From an uncultured Gammaproteobacteria bacterium (GTDB taxonomy: Bacteria > Pseudomonadota > Gammaproteobacteria > Arenicellales > CAJQKF01): a stretch of DNA of 64,000 nucleotides. Numbering within the stretch: position 1 is the stretch's first letter; each line of letters starts with the position of its first letter. The notes under the pieces are model-generated. The model made no database searches, was not told where the DNA came from, and was given only the letters and a program-made list of their open reading frames with translations. The translations under genes and the position numbers were made by a program. This document shows positions 9,981-20,400 of this stretch, one piece after another. Location of the stretch: positions 52,019 through 116,018 of the forward strand of contig CAJQKF010000006.1 of the NCBI GenBank assembly GCA_905478855.1. Direction: 5' to 3'.

Positions 9981-10949
9981 TTGAAAGTCATCACCTCCCC
10001 AAAATCATTTCCACTCGAACCCGAAGATAATAGCCGGTTGGCCTCTTTGTGTGGAGAACACGGCGATAATTTAAAGCTGATCGAAGAGCGTTTGAAAGTG
10101 GTTATTTCGAATCGGGGTAATTTATTTTATGTCGATGGACGGGCTAAACAGGTGCAACAGACCGAACAAATACTCACATCTTTGTACCGTGAAACCGAGC
10201 AAAAGAGTTCGCTAACAAGAGAAGATATACATTTGTCAATTACTCGTTCCTCAGGATTCGATGGCGACAATGAGTCATCCGGTATGACTATGAAAGCCGG
10301 AAAAATTAGTATTCGATCTATGAATCGTCACCAACGGATTTATATTGAAAGTATTATGAAGTTTGATATAAGTTTTGGCGTTGGGCCGGCCGGTACAGGT
10401 AAGACATTTTTAGCGGTTGCATGTGCTGTACAAGCCTTAAGTCAAGGCGACGTTGAGCGAATAGTTCTGGTGCGGCCTGCAGTTGAAGCTGGAGAAAATC
10501 TTGGCTTTTTACCTGGAGACATAGGCCAGAAAGTCGACCCCTATGTTCGACCCTTATATGATGCCTTATATGACATGTTAGGATTTGACCGTGTCGGTAA
10601 GCTGGTTGAACGTGGTGTGATTGAGCTCGCTCCGTTGGCTTATATGCGTGGCCGAACGCTAAACGATGCATTTATTATTTTAGACGAAGCTCAAAATACT
10701 ACTCGCGAACAAATGAAAATGTTCCTGACTCGAATAGGATTTGGTTCGACTGCCGTAATAACCGGTGATCCATCACAGATCGATTTACCTTCCCGAAGGT
10801 CGTCTGGCTTAATTCATGCTATTAATATTCTATCCGAAATTAATGATATTAGTTTTACACGATTTAAGTCTCACGATGTGGTTCGACATCATCTCGTCCA
10901 GCGAATAGTCGAAGCTTACGAAGCAAGTAACCAAGATGGTGAGGGTTAG
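9981..10949 (+). CDS. ybeZ: PhoH-like ATPase (YbeZ)
   Basis: Walker A GPAGTGKT, ..ILDEAQN... Aligns from the N-terminus with the YbeZ pattern (LEPEDNSRLASLCG). TTG start at 9981, so the start is uncertain. Confidence 0.85.
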   Translation: MKVITSPKSFPLEPEDNSRLASLCGEHGDNLKLIEERLKVVISNRGNLFYVDGRAKQVQQTEQILTSLYRETEQKSSLTREDIHLSITRSSGFDGDNESSGMTMKAGKISIRSMNRHQRIYIESIMKFDISFGVGPAGTGKTFLAVACAVQALSQGDVERIVLVRPAVEAGENLGFLPGDIGQKVDPYVRPLYDALYDMLGFDRVGKLVERGVIELAPLAYMRGRTLNDAFIILDEAQNTTREQMKMFLTRIGFGSTAVITGDPSQIDLPSRRSSGLIHAINILSEINDISFTRFKSHDVVRHHLVQRIVEAYEASNQDGEG

Positions 10950-10957
10950 AAAGAAAA

Positions 10958-11425
10958 GTGGAACTTTTTGTCGATAACCAAACCGACAGTAAAGAAATTC
11001 CCTCTGATTTGGAAATTGCTGGTTGGGTATCTGCTGCATTGGCTATACAAACTGATGATTATCATGAATTGGGAATTCGCATTATTAACGAGCAGGATAG
11101 TAGTTATCTAAATTCTACTTATCGGAATAAAGGCGGAGCAACAAATATATTGTCATTTCCATGTGAAAGCCCTGCAGGGATCGATATTAGAATCTTGGGT
11201 GACCTTGCGATATGTCAACCGGTTGTGGCAAGGGAGGCTATGACTCAAGGAAAGCCCTATCGTTCACATTTTGCACACATGATAGTCCATGGTGTCCTCC
11301 ATTTGCTGGGTTACGATCACATGGTCGATAAAGATGCCCAAGAAATGGAGCAAATCGAAATAGCCGTGTTAGCGAAAATAGGGATTAAAAATCCATATAT
11401 AATCAATGAGGAACAAAATAGTTAA
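10958..11425 (+). CDS. ybeY: rRNA maturation endoribonuclease YbeY
   Basis: Zn motif HGVLHLLGYDH. GTG start. Conserved miaB-ybeZ-ybeY-corC-lnt order. Confidence 0.9.
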   Translation: MELFVDNQTDSKEIPSDLEIAGWVSAALAIQTDDYHELGIRIINEQDSSYLNSTYRNKGGATNILSFPCESPAGIDIRILGDLAICQPVVAREAMTQGKPYRSHFAHMIVHGVLHLLGYDHMVDKDAQEMEQIEIAVLAKIGIKNPYIINEEQNS

Positions 11426-11426
11426 T

Positions 11427-12275
11427 ATGAACGACTCTCAATCAGGGTTTCGTAAGGGATTACAGAGATGGTTTCAGCGCGTATTGGGTCAAGGTTATAC
11501 GCGCGAAGATTTATTTGAGATACTTCGTGAGGCCGAAAAACAAGGTTTACTCGGTCAGGATGCCTTAGATACTATCGAACGTGTGGTTCAAGTATCTGAG
11601 CTTCAGGTTCGCGATATTATGGTTCCTCGTGCGCAAATGATCGTTCTTGACAAGAGCGATAGTCCACGGGAAATGTTACCTACCATTATTGAATCAGCAC
11701 ATTCGCGGTTTCCGGTAACTGACGGCGACAGGGATAAAGTTGTGGGCGTTTTATTGGCAAAGGATTTACTCAGACTCTTTCAGGATGATAGTGAGACATT
11801 TTCTTGGCGAGACATGTTGCGTCATGCCGTAGTAATTCCCGAAAGCAAGCGCTTGAATGTTTTACTCAGTGAGTTTAGGGCTAGTCGAAATCATATGGCA
11901 ATTGTTGTCGACGAGTATGGAGGTATCGCTGGACTCGTAACTATTGAGGATGTGTTGGAGCAGATTGTTGGTGAAATTGAGGATGAGCATGATGTTGATG
12001 AAGAAGAAGGCATGGTCATGCAACGTGCTGAAAATGAGTATGTCGTAAAGGCCGTCATTGATCTAGAGGATTTCAACGAATATTTATCAGCCAATCTCGA
12101 CCATGAAGAGTTCAATACATTAGGTGGCGCGGTTGTTAGTCATTTCGGATACGTGCCTCAGCGAGGTGAGTCTGTTAAATTTTCTGGATTTGCATTTGAG
12201 GTTTTAAATGCGGACAGCAGACGTATTCACTTATTGCGTGTTGATCGTTTATCTACTCAAGATGCAAGTGATTAG
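11427..12275 (+). CDS. corC: CorC/HlyC-family Mg/Co efflux-associated protein (CBS pair + CorC_HlyC domain)
   Basis: CBS-pair region (..VRDIMVPRAQM..) and transporter-associated C-terminal domain. ATG at 11427 preferred over 11406. Confidence 0.85.
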   Translation: MNDSQSGFRKGLQRWFQRVLGQGYTREDLFEILREAEKQGLLGQDALDTIERVVQVSELQVRDIMVPRAQMIVLDKSDSPREMLPTIIESAHSRFPVTDGDRDKVVGVLLAKDLLRLFQDDSETFSWRDMLRHAVVIPESKRLNVLLSEFRASRNHMAIVVDEYGGIAGLVTIEDVLEQIVGEIEDEHDVDEEEGMVMQRAENEYVVKAVIDLEDFNEYLSANLDHEEFNTLGGAVVSHFGYVPQRGESVKFSGFAFEVLNADSRRIHLLRVDRLSTQDASD

Positions 12276-12283
12276 TACATTTT

Positions 12284-13795
12284 ATGTTCGCGTCACTTTT
12301 TGAAGTTTTAGAAAAAGTATTAACACGACGACCACTACTATCTGGCTTTTTATTGGGTCTGTCAGTTCCATTCGCTTTCGCACCATTTTACTGGTTTTGG
12401 CTAATGCCGTGTGCCCTTGCCGGTCTTTTTGTTATTCAGTATCGACTTCCCGTAAGGCTCGCCATAAAAAGTGGTTTTGTCTTTGGCTTTGCGGCTTTCG
12501 GTGTTGGAGCCTCGTGGGTCTATGTCAGTCTCCATACGTTTGGCGGAATGCCGATGTTGTTAGCTGGCTTTTGTGTTGTAGTCTTTGTCGGTATCCTTTC
12601 TTTGTATCCTGCACTCGCGGCTCTTCTTTATAATCGTATTTCACACTCGAATATTCAGATCCAACTATTGTGCATTATGCCAGCATTTTGGGTGCTCATC
12701 GAAGTGGTGCGGAACTATCTTTTTGGAGGATTTCCATGGCTTGAAACGGGCTATAGTCAGTCCGGTATTTTTCTTGATGTGTATGCCTCCATTACAGGTG
12801 TTCACGGCTTATCGTTGATAGTAGCCATTCAGGCGGGCTGTCTTGCGTCGATTTGTCTATGTAAAGGAAAGAATTGCTTGATTCCAGTAGTTATTCTAAT
12901 GATGATAATCATTGGTGGGAAGCTTCTATCGTGGCACGATTGGACTCAGCCCCGCGGTGATACGATTAATGTTGCTATGGTTCAATCGGTTATCCCTATA
13001 GAAACTAAGTGGAATCCTGAAAAACGCAAGTATATTCTTGATAAGTATTTTAGGCTGAGCTCTCAATTTAATGATGCGGAGTTGATTATTTGGCCGGAGG
13101 CTGCAATTGCATCTAGTTTGGATCAATTGGATGCTGATTTTTTTGAACAATTACAACGTCTCAATAAGCCACTTTTGGCAGGCTTTGTTGAGCGCGGTTA
13201 TGGAGAAAAAATAAACGATTCTTATAATGCGGCGGTATTATTTGCAGAGGAACCTGATATTTATCGTAAACGGCATTTGGTTCCGTTTGGAGAATATATG
13301 CCATTGCGATTTATGCTGGATCCAATAACCCATTATCTCAATATACCAAACTCTTCTATGAGCCCCTGGAACGAATTTCAAAGCCCAATGTATTTCGCAG
13401 GCCACAGGCTTGGAATCGGAATATGTTTTGAGGAAGCCTTTCCAGCGGATATGCGGAACATTGCAAAGGATGCTGATGTATTAATCAATCTAAGTGAAGA
13501 TGGGTGGTTTGGGCGTTCTCTCGGGCCACATCAAAGATTACAAATGGCCCAGATTCGGGCGATTGAGACTGGGCGCCCCAGTTTGCGTTCAAGCAATACG
13601 GCACTAACTAGCCTAATTGACCACAAAGGACGCATTGTAAAAATAACCAAGTCCCACGTAGAAGAGGTATTGCAAGTAATCGTCCAGCCTCGACAGGGAC
13701 TAACACCCTATATGCGCTATGGTGATTTTTTGGTGTTTCTGATTTTAGCTGTTATGTGTTTACCGGGCGCCTTTAGTCGATGGCGGTTTCGTTGA
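12284..13795 (+). CDS. lnt: apolipoprotein N-acyltransferase
   Basis: Multi-TM N-terminus and CN-hydrolase domain (..IIWPEAA.., ..IGICFEEAF..). 503 aa. Confidence 0.9.
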   Translation: MFASLFEVLEKVLTRRPLLSGFLLGLSVPFAFAPFYWFWLMPCALAGLFVIQYRLPVRLAIKSGFVFGFAAFGVGASWVYVSLHTFGGMPMLLAGFCVVVFVGILSLYPALAALLYNRISHSNIQIQLLCIMPAFWVLIEVVRNYLFGGFPWLETGYSQSGIFLDVYASITGVHGLSLIVAIQAGCLASICLCKGKNCLIPVVILMMIIIGGKLLSWHDWTQPRGDTINVAMVQSVIPIETKWNPEKRKYILDKYFRLSSQFNDAELIIWPEAAIASSLDQLDADFFEQLQRLNKPLLAGFVERGYGEKINDSYNAAVLFAEEPDIYRKRHLVPFGEYMPLRFMLDPITHYLNIPNSSMSPWNEFQSPMYFAGHRLGIGICFEEAFPADMRNIAKDADVLINLSEDGWFGRSLGPHQRLQMAQIRAIETGRPSLRSSNTALTSLIDHKGRIVKITKSHVEEVLQVIVQPRQGLTPYMRYGDFLVFLILAVMCLPGAFSRWRFR

Positions 13796-13812
13796 TGGGT
13801 TTCACTGGTTTA

Positions 13813-15159
13813 CTACAGTAAAAAAATTGTCGCCAAGCCGAGTACTGATAAAAACCCGATTATGTCAGTGATAGTTGTTAATGCGACCCCGGCTGCCAAA
13901 GCGGGATCGATTCCGAGTTTATCCAAAGCCAGCGGTAGAAGCACACCTGCGGCGGCGGCGGCCATAAGGTTAATTATCATGGCAAAGCCGATTATTAGTC
14001 CCAGAGCGATATTTTGATACCAAATAGTTGCGATCACCGCAACTACAAGTGCCCACAAGATTCCGTTCAGACTACCAACCATAAACTCTTTGCGTAGGAC
14101 GCGAGTTGCATTTGCGGCGTTTATTGTCCCAGTTCCAATGCCTCGTATTACAATAGTGAGTGTTTGTGTTCCGGAATTACCGCCCATATTTGCAACTATT
14201 GGCATTAGCACCGCTAAAGCAACCAATTGTTCAATTGTCGCTTCAAAAATTCCGATGACAAATGATGCCATAAACGCTGTAAGTAAATTCACCCCAAGCC
14301 AGAGTGCTCTCTTTCGTGTGCTTTGGGAGACGGGTTGAAAAATATCATCTTCTTCGTTGAGTCCCGCACGTACCATAACATTACGATCAGCATGTTCCTG
14401 AATTACATCTACAACGTCATCAATGGTAATTCTTCCAAGTAATACGCCGTCATCGGAAATTACCGGCGCGGAAATTAAGTTATATCTTTGAAACGCATCG
14501 GCAACGTCTATTTCCGATGTAAGCGGCTTGAATGTTATGGGCTCTCTATCGACCACATCGGCAACCATTTTTTCGCTATCAGTAGTTAAGACGCTAGATA
14601 AAAATAGTACTCCTTGAAGATGGTTTTCGCGGTCGACGATAAACAGTTTATCGGTGTACTCAGGTAAAGTGGCTTTCAAGCGGAGGTAGCGCTGAACAAC
14701 TTCGAGGGAAATATCCTCTCTAGCGTGTATAGTATCAACATTCATGAGCCCGCCGGCTGTATCTTCAGGATAGGCAATTAGTGAGTTAAGATCTTGCCTG
14801 GATTCTTTATCAACCGTATACAGTATGTCTGCAATGACGTTGTCTGGCAGAAGCGGAATAATATCGGCGATATCGTCCATATCGAGCGTCTGCACGGCTT
14901 TGGACAAAATGTTTTCGTCCATTTCACGTATTAAATCTCTTCCAACGCCTTCGGCTACTTCTACGAGCACTTCACCCATCCGATTTAAGTCGATGCGGGT
15001 GATGATTGGTATTCTATCTTCCGGTGGTAGTCCTTCCAGCAAATCTGCAATATCTGCAGGATGCAGGCTTGTTGCAAGCTGATTTATTTCGTCATCTTCG
15101 CCTTCATCTAAGGCTCTCAGAATTAATTTTTGAATGTCAGATTGTTCTAATTGCGGCAT
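13813..15159 (-). CDS. mgtE: magnesium transporter MgtE
   Basis: MgtE N-domain, CBS pair, and five-TM C-terminal region with ..GNSGTQT.. 448 aa. Confidence 0.9.
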   Translation of the reverse strand: MPQLEQSDIQKLILRALDEGEDDEINQLATSLHPADIADLLEGLPPEDRIPIITRIDLNRMGEVLVEVAEGVGRDLIREMDENILSKAVQTLDMDDIADIIPLLPDNVIADILYTVDKESRQDLNSLIAYPEDTAGGLMNVDTIHAREDISLEVVQRYLRLKATLPEYTDKLFIVDRENHLQGVLFLSSVLTTDSEKMVADVVDREPITFKPLTSEIDVADAFQRYNLISAPVISDDGVLLGRITIDDVVDVIQEHADRNVMVRAGLNEEDDIFQPVSQSTRKRALWLGVNLLTAFMASFVIGIFEATIEQLVALAVLMPIVANMGGNSGTQTLTIVIRGIGTGTINAANATRVLRKEFMVGSLNGILWALVVAVIATIWYQNIALGLIIGFAMIINLMAAAAAGVLLPLALDKLGIDPALAAGVALTTITDIIGFLSVLGLATIFLL

Positions 15160-15220
15160 GGCTGTTGAAGGCGTTAATTAAGATTAAACACAAAATTCTA
15201 AATTATTATCAGTTAGGTTT

Positions 15221-17584
15221 TTATTGCTCTTGTGCGTTTTGGACATGACTAAATCGATCTAATTGGTTGGCGGGTTGTGAATCGTTGTCTCGCAATAAGT
15301 TTGGAACTAGTTGTGCTGTAATCGCTCGACTAAAGTAAAAACCTTGAACATAATCGCACCGTCGGCTCTCTAATAATTTAAGTTGGACTTCGTTTTCAAC
15401 GCCTTCAGCAACGACCTTCATGTTCATATTATGAGCCATATTGATCATTGCACTGACTATTTCTAAAGAGCTAGAGTCGCTTTCCATATCATGAATAAAT
15501 GACTGGTCGATTTTTATTGTGTCGACGTCAAACCTTTTGATTGAAGACATTGAAGAATAGTCCGTACCAAAGTCATCGATTGAAAGCTTAACACCAATAT
15601 CGGTGAGTCGATTAACGGTCTCAACAGCATTCTCAATGTTTTCTAAGATGGTTGTTTCGGTGATTTCAATGTTTATCGATTCAGGCATTAGGTTAAAATC
15701 AGATAGGGTGCTATGTATTCTGGAGAATAAATTCTTATCCCGAAATTGACGTGCTGATAGATTTATAGAGACCGGAACCAAGTCAAAGCCCTGTCTTTTC
15801 CATTCTGCTATATGGCGGCAGACTTCACGGAGAATCCAATTTCCAATGGAGAAAATCAATCCTGTTTCTTCAGATAGTGGTATGAATTCTGAGGGTGATA
15901 TTGAACCAAGAGCTTTACTGTTCCAACGCACTAGAGCCTCTAGTCCAATTATTTTTCCACTATGTAAATCAACTAATGGCTGGAATTCGATAAAAATTTC
16001 CTCACGGCTCAGTGCCATACGCAAGTTCCGTTCCAGTTCAACCTTTCGATACGCGGTAAGCTGCATTTCCTTATTATATTGCTGGACATTACCACCACCG
16101 AGAGATTTGGCGTAGTAAGCCGCAGTATCTGCTGCGTGAATTAGCGATTTCAACGAGGTGCCATGAGTCGGATATATAGATATGCCGATAGATGCGGTAA
16201 TATAAGCCTCGGCAGCGCCGATACTTACGCTTCCCGACACTGTGCGCAATATGTTTTCTGCAAGTGATCGACAAATTCTCATCGCCGTATCGCCTGCTGG
16301 CAATTCATTAACAAGTAGGGCAAATTCATCTCCACCATAACGTGCAAATATATTTTTTGGCGAAGCGTACTCTTTGAGTTTATTAGATACGTGTTTTAGA
16401 ACTGAATCCCCGCTAGGATGACCAAAACTATCGTTTATTATTTTAAAACGATCGAGGTCGATAAATATAAGCGCAGCATATATGCCTCGCTGATTGGCAC
16501 TTTGTAGATAGTTTTGTGTGAGTTCTTCGAAATAAGCGCGACTATATAGACCGGTTATGTGGTCATGCCGAGCTAGTTGCTCAACATGTTTGTGTGCTTC
16601 GACAAGTTGAGTTACATCGTGGAAGATTCCAACAGTGTCACCATTGGGAACACGATGCTCACTTATTCTAAAAACTAAACCTGAGGAGTGTTCGAGTTCG
16701 AAAAACCCCACCGGTTCGCGATGCCATTGTAAAAATTTGTTGAGACGTTCTTGATAATAATATCCTGAAACAGAATAAGTGTCGCTTTGTATTAGAGAAA
16801 TGGCGACTTCTCTGTACGACATATTATAAAGCATGGTTCTTACATCCAAATTGAACAATCGCCTAAATCGTGAGTTACATAATACAAGGTTATCGTGCAC
16901 GTCGAATAAGACGAACCCTTCGCCAATTGTTTCAATGGAGTCAACCATGCGGTGCTTCATTGCCGAGACTCTTGATTCTGCACTTCTCCGACGAAGAAAT
17001 AATACAACAACGCCTAAAAGAAAAATGGTTGCAACCAGAATGATCTGAAATAGATTGCGTTTTAGATGTTCTGTTGTAACCCCATCGGCCACCCGATGAG
17101 TTGATAGAATCCGCTCGCGAAACTCGAATTCAGCGTTTTCTACTAAGCGATTGACATGAGTAGTAAGGCTTGACTCATCAAGACCGGCTGTTTGGAGGAA
17201 ATTTAAAATCTCGAGGATAGCGTTTGTTAGATCTTGTCGTGCGAGTGATTCTAACTGAGAATGGGAGCTATGGGATTTGGTGCTAAGAATAGAAATAAGT
17301 TGATTAAGCTGCTGTCGAGTGCGTACTAGATTAATAGTGGTTGTCTGAATAAATTCGGCCTCGGTGATCGATTTGAGATTGTTAACCGATTGATTAATCG
17401 CATTCAGAACAGGTGATCGTCTGACTACAGAGCTAATCAATTGATCCTCTAGTTGATCAAAACTGATTTTTGTTGAGTAACCTAGCCCAGAAGCGACTGT
17501 TATAACGAGGATAAAAAACAGTGCGGCAAGCCAATCAATATTGTTTTGACGATCTATCGATGTTTGGTTCTGACGTATTGACAT
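15221..17584 (-). CDS. membrane-bound sensor protein with PAS, GGDEF and EAL domains
   Basis: Two TM helices bracket a helical periplasmic region of about 150 aa. Intact RYGGDEFALL (GGDEF) and GLEALVRW (EAL) plus ..DDFGTDYSS... Confidence 0.9.
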   Translation of the reverse strand: MSIRQNQTSIDRQNNIDWLAALFFILVITVASGLGYSTKISFDQLEDQLISSVVRRSPVLNAINQSVNNLKSITEAEFIQTTTINLVRTRQQLNQLISILSTKSHSSHSQLESLARQDLTNAILEILNFLQTAGLDESSLTTHVNRLVENAEFEFRERILSTHRVADGVTTEHLKRNLFQIILVATIFLLGVVVLFLRRRSAESRVSAMKHRMVDSIETIGEGFVLFDVHDNLVLCNSRFRRLFNLDVRTMLYNMSYREVAISLIQSDTYSVSGYYYQERLNKFLQWHREPVGFFELEHSSGLVFRISEHRVPNGDTVGIFHDVTQLVEAHKHVEQLARHDHITGLYSRAYFEELTQNYLQSANQRGIYAALIFIDLDRFKIINDSFGHPSGDSVLKHVSNKLKEYASPKNIFARYGGDEFALLVNELPAGDTAMRICRSLAENILRTVSGSVSIGAAEAYITASIGISIYPTHGTSLKSLIHAADTAAYYAKSLGGGNVQQYNKEMQLTAYRKVELERNLRMALSREEIFIEFQPLVDLHSGKIIGLEALVRWNSKALGSISPSEFIPLSEETGLIFSIGNWILREVCRHIAEWKRQGFDLVPVSINLSARQFRDKNLFSRIHSTLSDFNLMPESINIEITETTILENIENAVETVNRLTDIGVKLSIDDFGTDYSSMSSIKRFDVDTIKIDQSFIHDMESDSSSLEIVSAMINMAHNMNMKVVAEGVENEVQLKLLESRRCDYVQGFYFSRAITAQLVPNLLRDNDSQPANQLDRFSHVQNAQEQ

Positions 17585-17912
17585 TGTTATGCTCGACTTA
17601 ACCTGTTGGTCGATTTGAAGCGGGCTTTATGAAGTGTTTCTTGCTTTGCATCACTAAAAGTCTCTTATAGACTTATATTAGTTCATTGCTTATGTTTTCT
17701 GATCTTAAAAATTTACTGACAACACTTGTCTCGGTAAATATTCGTCGAAACTCGGTGGACTTCTTCATACTAAAATCGGCGCATCCGGCTCTGTTGTTTA
17801 CAATAATTATCCGACTCGGGACAGTCTAGCGAAGAAGAATGATTATTGCGAGGTGAAGAAATTCATTGATTTGAAGATACTAAGTTTTGGCATCACACGA
17901 TACAATGCATCT

Positions 17913-18809
17913 ATGAGTATTAATTCAGAAAAAATGAAAATTGCAATATCTTCCCGTGCGTTATTCGATCTGGAAGATAGCCACAGGGTTTTTCAGGAAA
18001 AAGGTGTAGATGCTTATTGTCAGTATCAGATCGAGCACGAAAACGAACCCCTGGAGCCAGGTGTAGCTTATCCATTAGTGAAAAAACTACTGGCTCTGAA
18101 CGAATTTCTGACTGATTCAACTAAAGTGGAGGTGGTTCTTATTTCAAGAAATAGTGCCGATACTGGTTTGCGCGTGTTTAATTCCATTAATCATTTCAAT
18201 CTGGATATTTCCAGAGCAGCATTTTCCGGTGGAGAAAGTCCGTATCGGTATATTCAACCTTTTGAAACAAACCTTTTTCTTTCCGCCGACCCATTGGATG
18301 TTGCGAGCGCTTTAGAGCTGGGTATTGCGGCAGCCACGATACTCCCTTCTCGTACAGGAGAAATTGTACATGATCAGTTAAGAATCGCATTTGATGGTGA
18401 TGCAGTGTTATTTTCTGACGAGGCTGAGCGGGTATTTCGGGAACGCGGGTTGGAAGAGTTTAGTAATCAGGAGCGTCAATCTGCCAGAACTCCCTTACTC
18501 GGAGGACCATTCAAAAAGGTGCTGTCAGCGCTTCATCGTTTGCAGGTGGAGTTTCCCAGTGATAATCCGCCAATTCGAACAGCCCTGGTTACTGCCCGAG
18601 CGGCACCGGCGCATGAAAGAGTGATTCGTACGTTACGAGCTTGGAATATACGAATTGACGAAGCTGTCTTTTTAGGTGGGCTTCCTAAAGGCAAGTTTCT
18701 GGAGACTTTTGGGGCGGATATCTTTTTTGATGATCAACGTGGGCATTGTGATTCAAGTCGTGAGCATGTTCCAACCGGGCATGTTCCTCACGGCATTGCT
18801 AATGGTTAG
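17913..18809 (+). CDS. 5'-nucleotidase family protein (Legionella cN-II-like family)
   Basis: ..KIAISSRALFDLEDSHRVFQEKGVDAYCQYQ.. and ..RIAFDGDAVLFSDEAERVF.. recall the bacterial 5'-nucleotidase family. Start uncertain (GTG 17853, ATG 17913 or ATG 17934). Confidence 0.65.
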   Translation: MSINSEKMKIAISSRALFDLEDSHRVFQEKGVDAYCQYQIEHENEPLEPGVAYPLVKKLLALNEFLTDSTKVEVVLISRNSADTGLRVFNSINHFNLDISRAAFSGGESPYRYIQPFETNLFLSADPLDVASALELGIAAATILPSRTGEIVHDQLRIAFDGDAVLFSDEAERVFRERGLEEFSNQERQSARTPLLGGPFKKVLSALHRLQVEFPSDNPPIRTALVTARAAPAHERVIRTLRAWNIRIDEAVFLGGLPKGKFLETFGADIFFDDQRGHCDSSREHVPTGHVPHGIANG

Positions 18810-18906
18810 GTACATAACTGCGCAGTTGAATTTTATTCGTGATGTTAGTCTATTCTGGCCGTGTCTGGTTTTACCGCAGTCATACAACTTTTTCTGGAGA
18901 TGATTT

Positions 18907-19587
18907 ATGCAGTCCTATGCTATTGCGCCGTCTATACTTGCTGCTGATTTTGCTCGTTTGGGTGAAGAAGTAGACAACGTCTTAACTGCGGGCGCAGATA
19001 TTATCCATTTTGATGTGATGGATAATCATTATGTTCCTAATCTTACGTTTGGTCCCTTCATCTGTGAGGCGCTGCGAAAACACGGTGTTACCGCTCCAAT
19101 TGATGTGCATTTAATGGTAAAGCCTGTTGATCGAATAATTCCTGATTTTGCACGAGCAGGTGCCACCTACATTACGTTTCATCCTGAAACAAGTGATCAT
19201 ATCGATCGCACATTGCAATTAATTAGAGAACACGGTTGTAAACCTGGCCTTGTTTTCAATCCAGCAACCCCGTTGGATTGTTTAGAATACATATTGCATC
19301 ACCTGGATATGATCTTAATTATGTCGGTAAACCCAGGGTTTGGCGGGCAGGCTTTTATTCCTCAAGCATTGGATAAACTTCGCAAAGCTCGTCAGTTGAT
19401 TGACGCCAGCGGAAAGGATATTCGTCTTGAGATCGATGGCGGGGTGAAGACCGACAATATTTCCGAGATTGCCCAGGCTGGGGCGGATACTTTTGTTGCC
19501 GGTTCTGCGATATTCGGCTCGAGCGATTATGCTGCTACGATTAAGAAAATGCGGGATCAGTTAGACCCAATTAAAAGTGCACAATAA
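18907..19587 (+). CDS. rpe: ribulose-phosphate 3-epimerase
   Basis: ..[41 protein letters not shown].. 226 aa. Confidence 0.95.
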   Translation: MQSYAIAPSILAADFARLGEEVDNVLTAGADIIHFDVMDNHYVPNLTFGPFICEALRKHGVTAPIDVHLMVKPVDRIIPDFARAGATYITFHPETSDHIDRTLQLIREHGCKPGLVFNPATPLDCLEYILHHLDMILIMSVNPGFGGQAFIPQALDKLRKARQLIDASGKDIRLEIDGGVKTDNISEIAQAGADTFVAGSAIFGSSDYAATIKKMRDQLDPIKSAQ

Positions 19588-19595
19588 GCTACAAC

Positions 19596-20291
19596 ATGAG
19601 CAGTAATATCAAACATCCTATTGAATGTCAGGTGCTATTTATTGATTTGGATGGCACGTTAGTCGATTCTGTGCCGGATATGGCAACTGCAGTTAATCGA
19701 ATGCTAGTTGATTTAAAATTTCCCGAGGTCGCTGAATTCCAAGTTCGTACATGGGTAGGAAATGGCCTTCCGCGATTAGTGCAACGAGCGTTATGGGGGC
19801 AGTTTGATGCCCCGGAAGAGCATCCCGATTTAGAGTCTGCAGTCTCCCTTTGTCGAGCGCACTATACGGATTGTATACACGATCAAACACAATGCTACGA
19901 CGGTGTGCAAGATTCCTTGTTGACGCTTGCTGAACAAGGTTTCAAATTGGTGTGTATTACTAATAAACCAGAAAGCTTGAGTCGTACGTTACTATCATTT
20001 TTGCCAATAGGTAACTACTTTTCCTTGATTTTGGGTGGGGACAGTTTAGCAACTCGAAAACCAGACCCTGGGCCGTTATTCTATGCGGCTCGCCATTTCA
20101 ATCTGGATATTTCGGACTGTTTGATGATTGGCGATTCAAGTAGTGATATAAACGCGGCAAAATCTGCAGGATGTGCATCAATTTGCGTTTCCTATGGCTA
20201 TAATCAGGGCATAGATCCTGTCTCTCTAGGCCCAACGGTTATTGTTGATCATTTTCCCGAAATTCTTGATTATGTTGTTTTCAAAGCCTAA
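19596..20291 (+). CDS. gph: phosphoglycolate phosphatase (HAD family)
   Basis: HAD motif I FIDLDGTLVDS, motif II ITNK, motif IV GDSSSDI. rpe-gph-trpE order. Confidence 0.85.
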   Translation: MSSNIKHPIECQVLFIDLDGTLVDSVPDMATAVNRMLVDLKFPEVAEFQVRTWVGNGLPRLVQRALWGQFDAPEEHPDLESAVSLCRAHYTDCIHDQTQCYDGVQDSLLTLAEQGFKLVCITNKPESLSRTLLSFLPIGNYFSLILGGDSLATRKPDPGPLFYAARHFNLDISDCLMIGDSSSDINAAKSAGCASICVSYGYNQGIDPVSLGPTVIVDHFPEILDYVVFKA

Positions 20292-20300
20292 ATTTAATTT

Positions 20301-20354
20301 ATGAATACTCCGGTACGTTTGTCTTTCCTCAACCCCATTTTTTTTCGTTGGTGA
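20301..20354 (+). promoter_or_regulatory. candidate trpE leader peptide (MNTPVRLSFLNPIFFRW*) with a weak downstream hairpin and T6
   Basis: 17-codon ORF ends Trp-stop (TGG 20349-51, TGA 20352-54). cgttg (20346-50) / cggcg (20357-61) could pair (two G-U pairs), followed by T6 at 20364-69. Weak. Confidence 0.25.
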
Positions 20355-20400
20355 CACGGCGACTTTTTTCATCGTCTAGTCACTTTTTACGGAATTCAAT

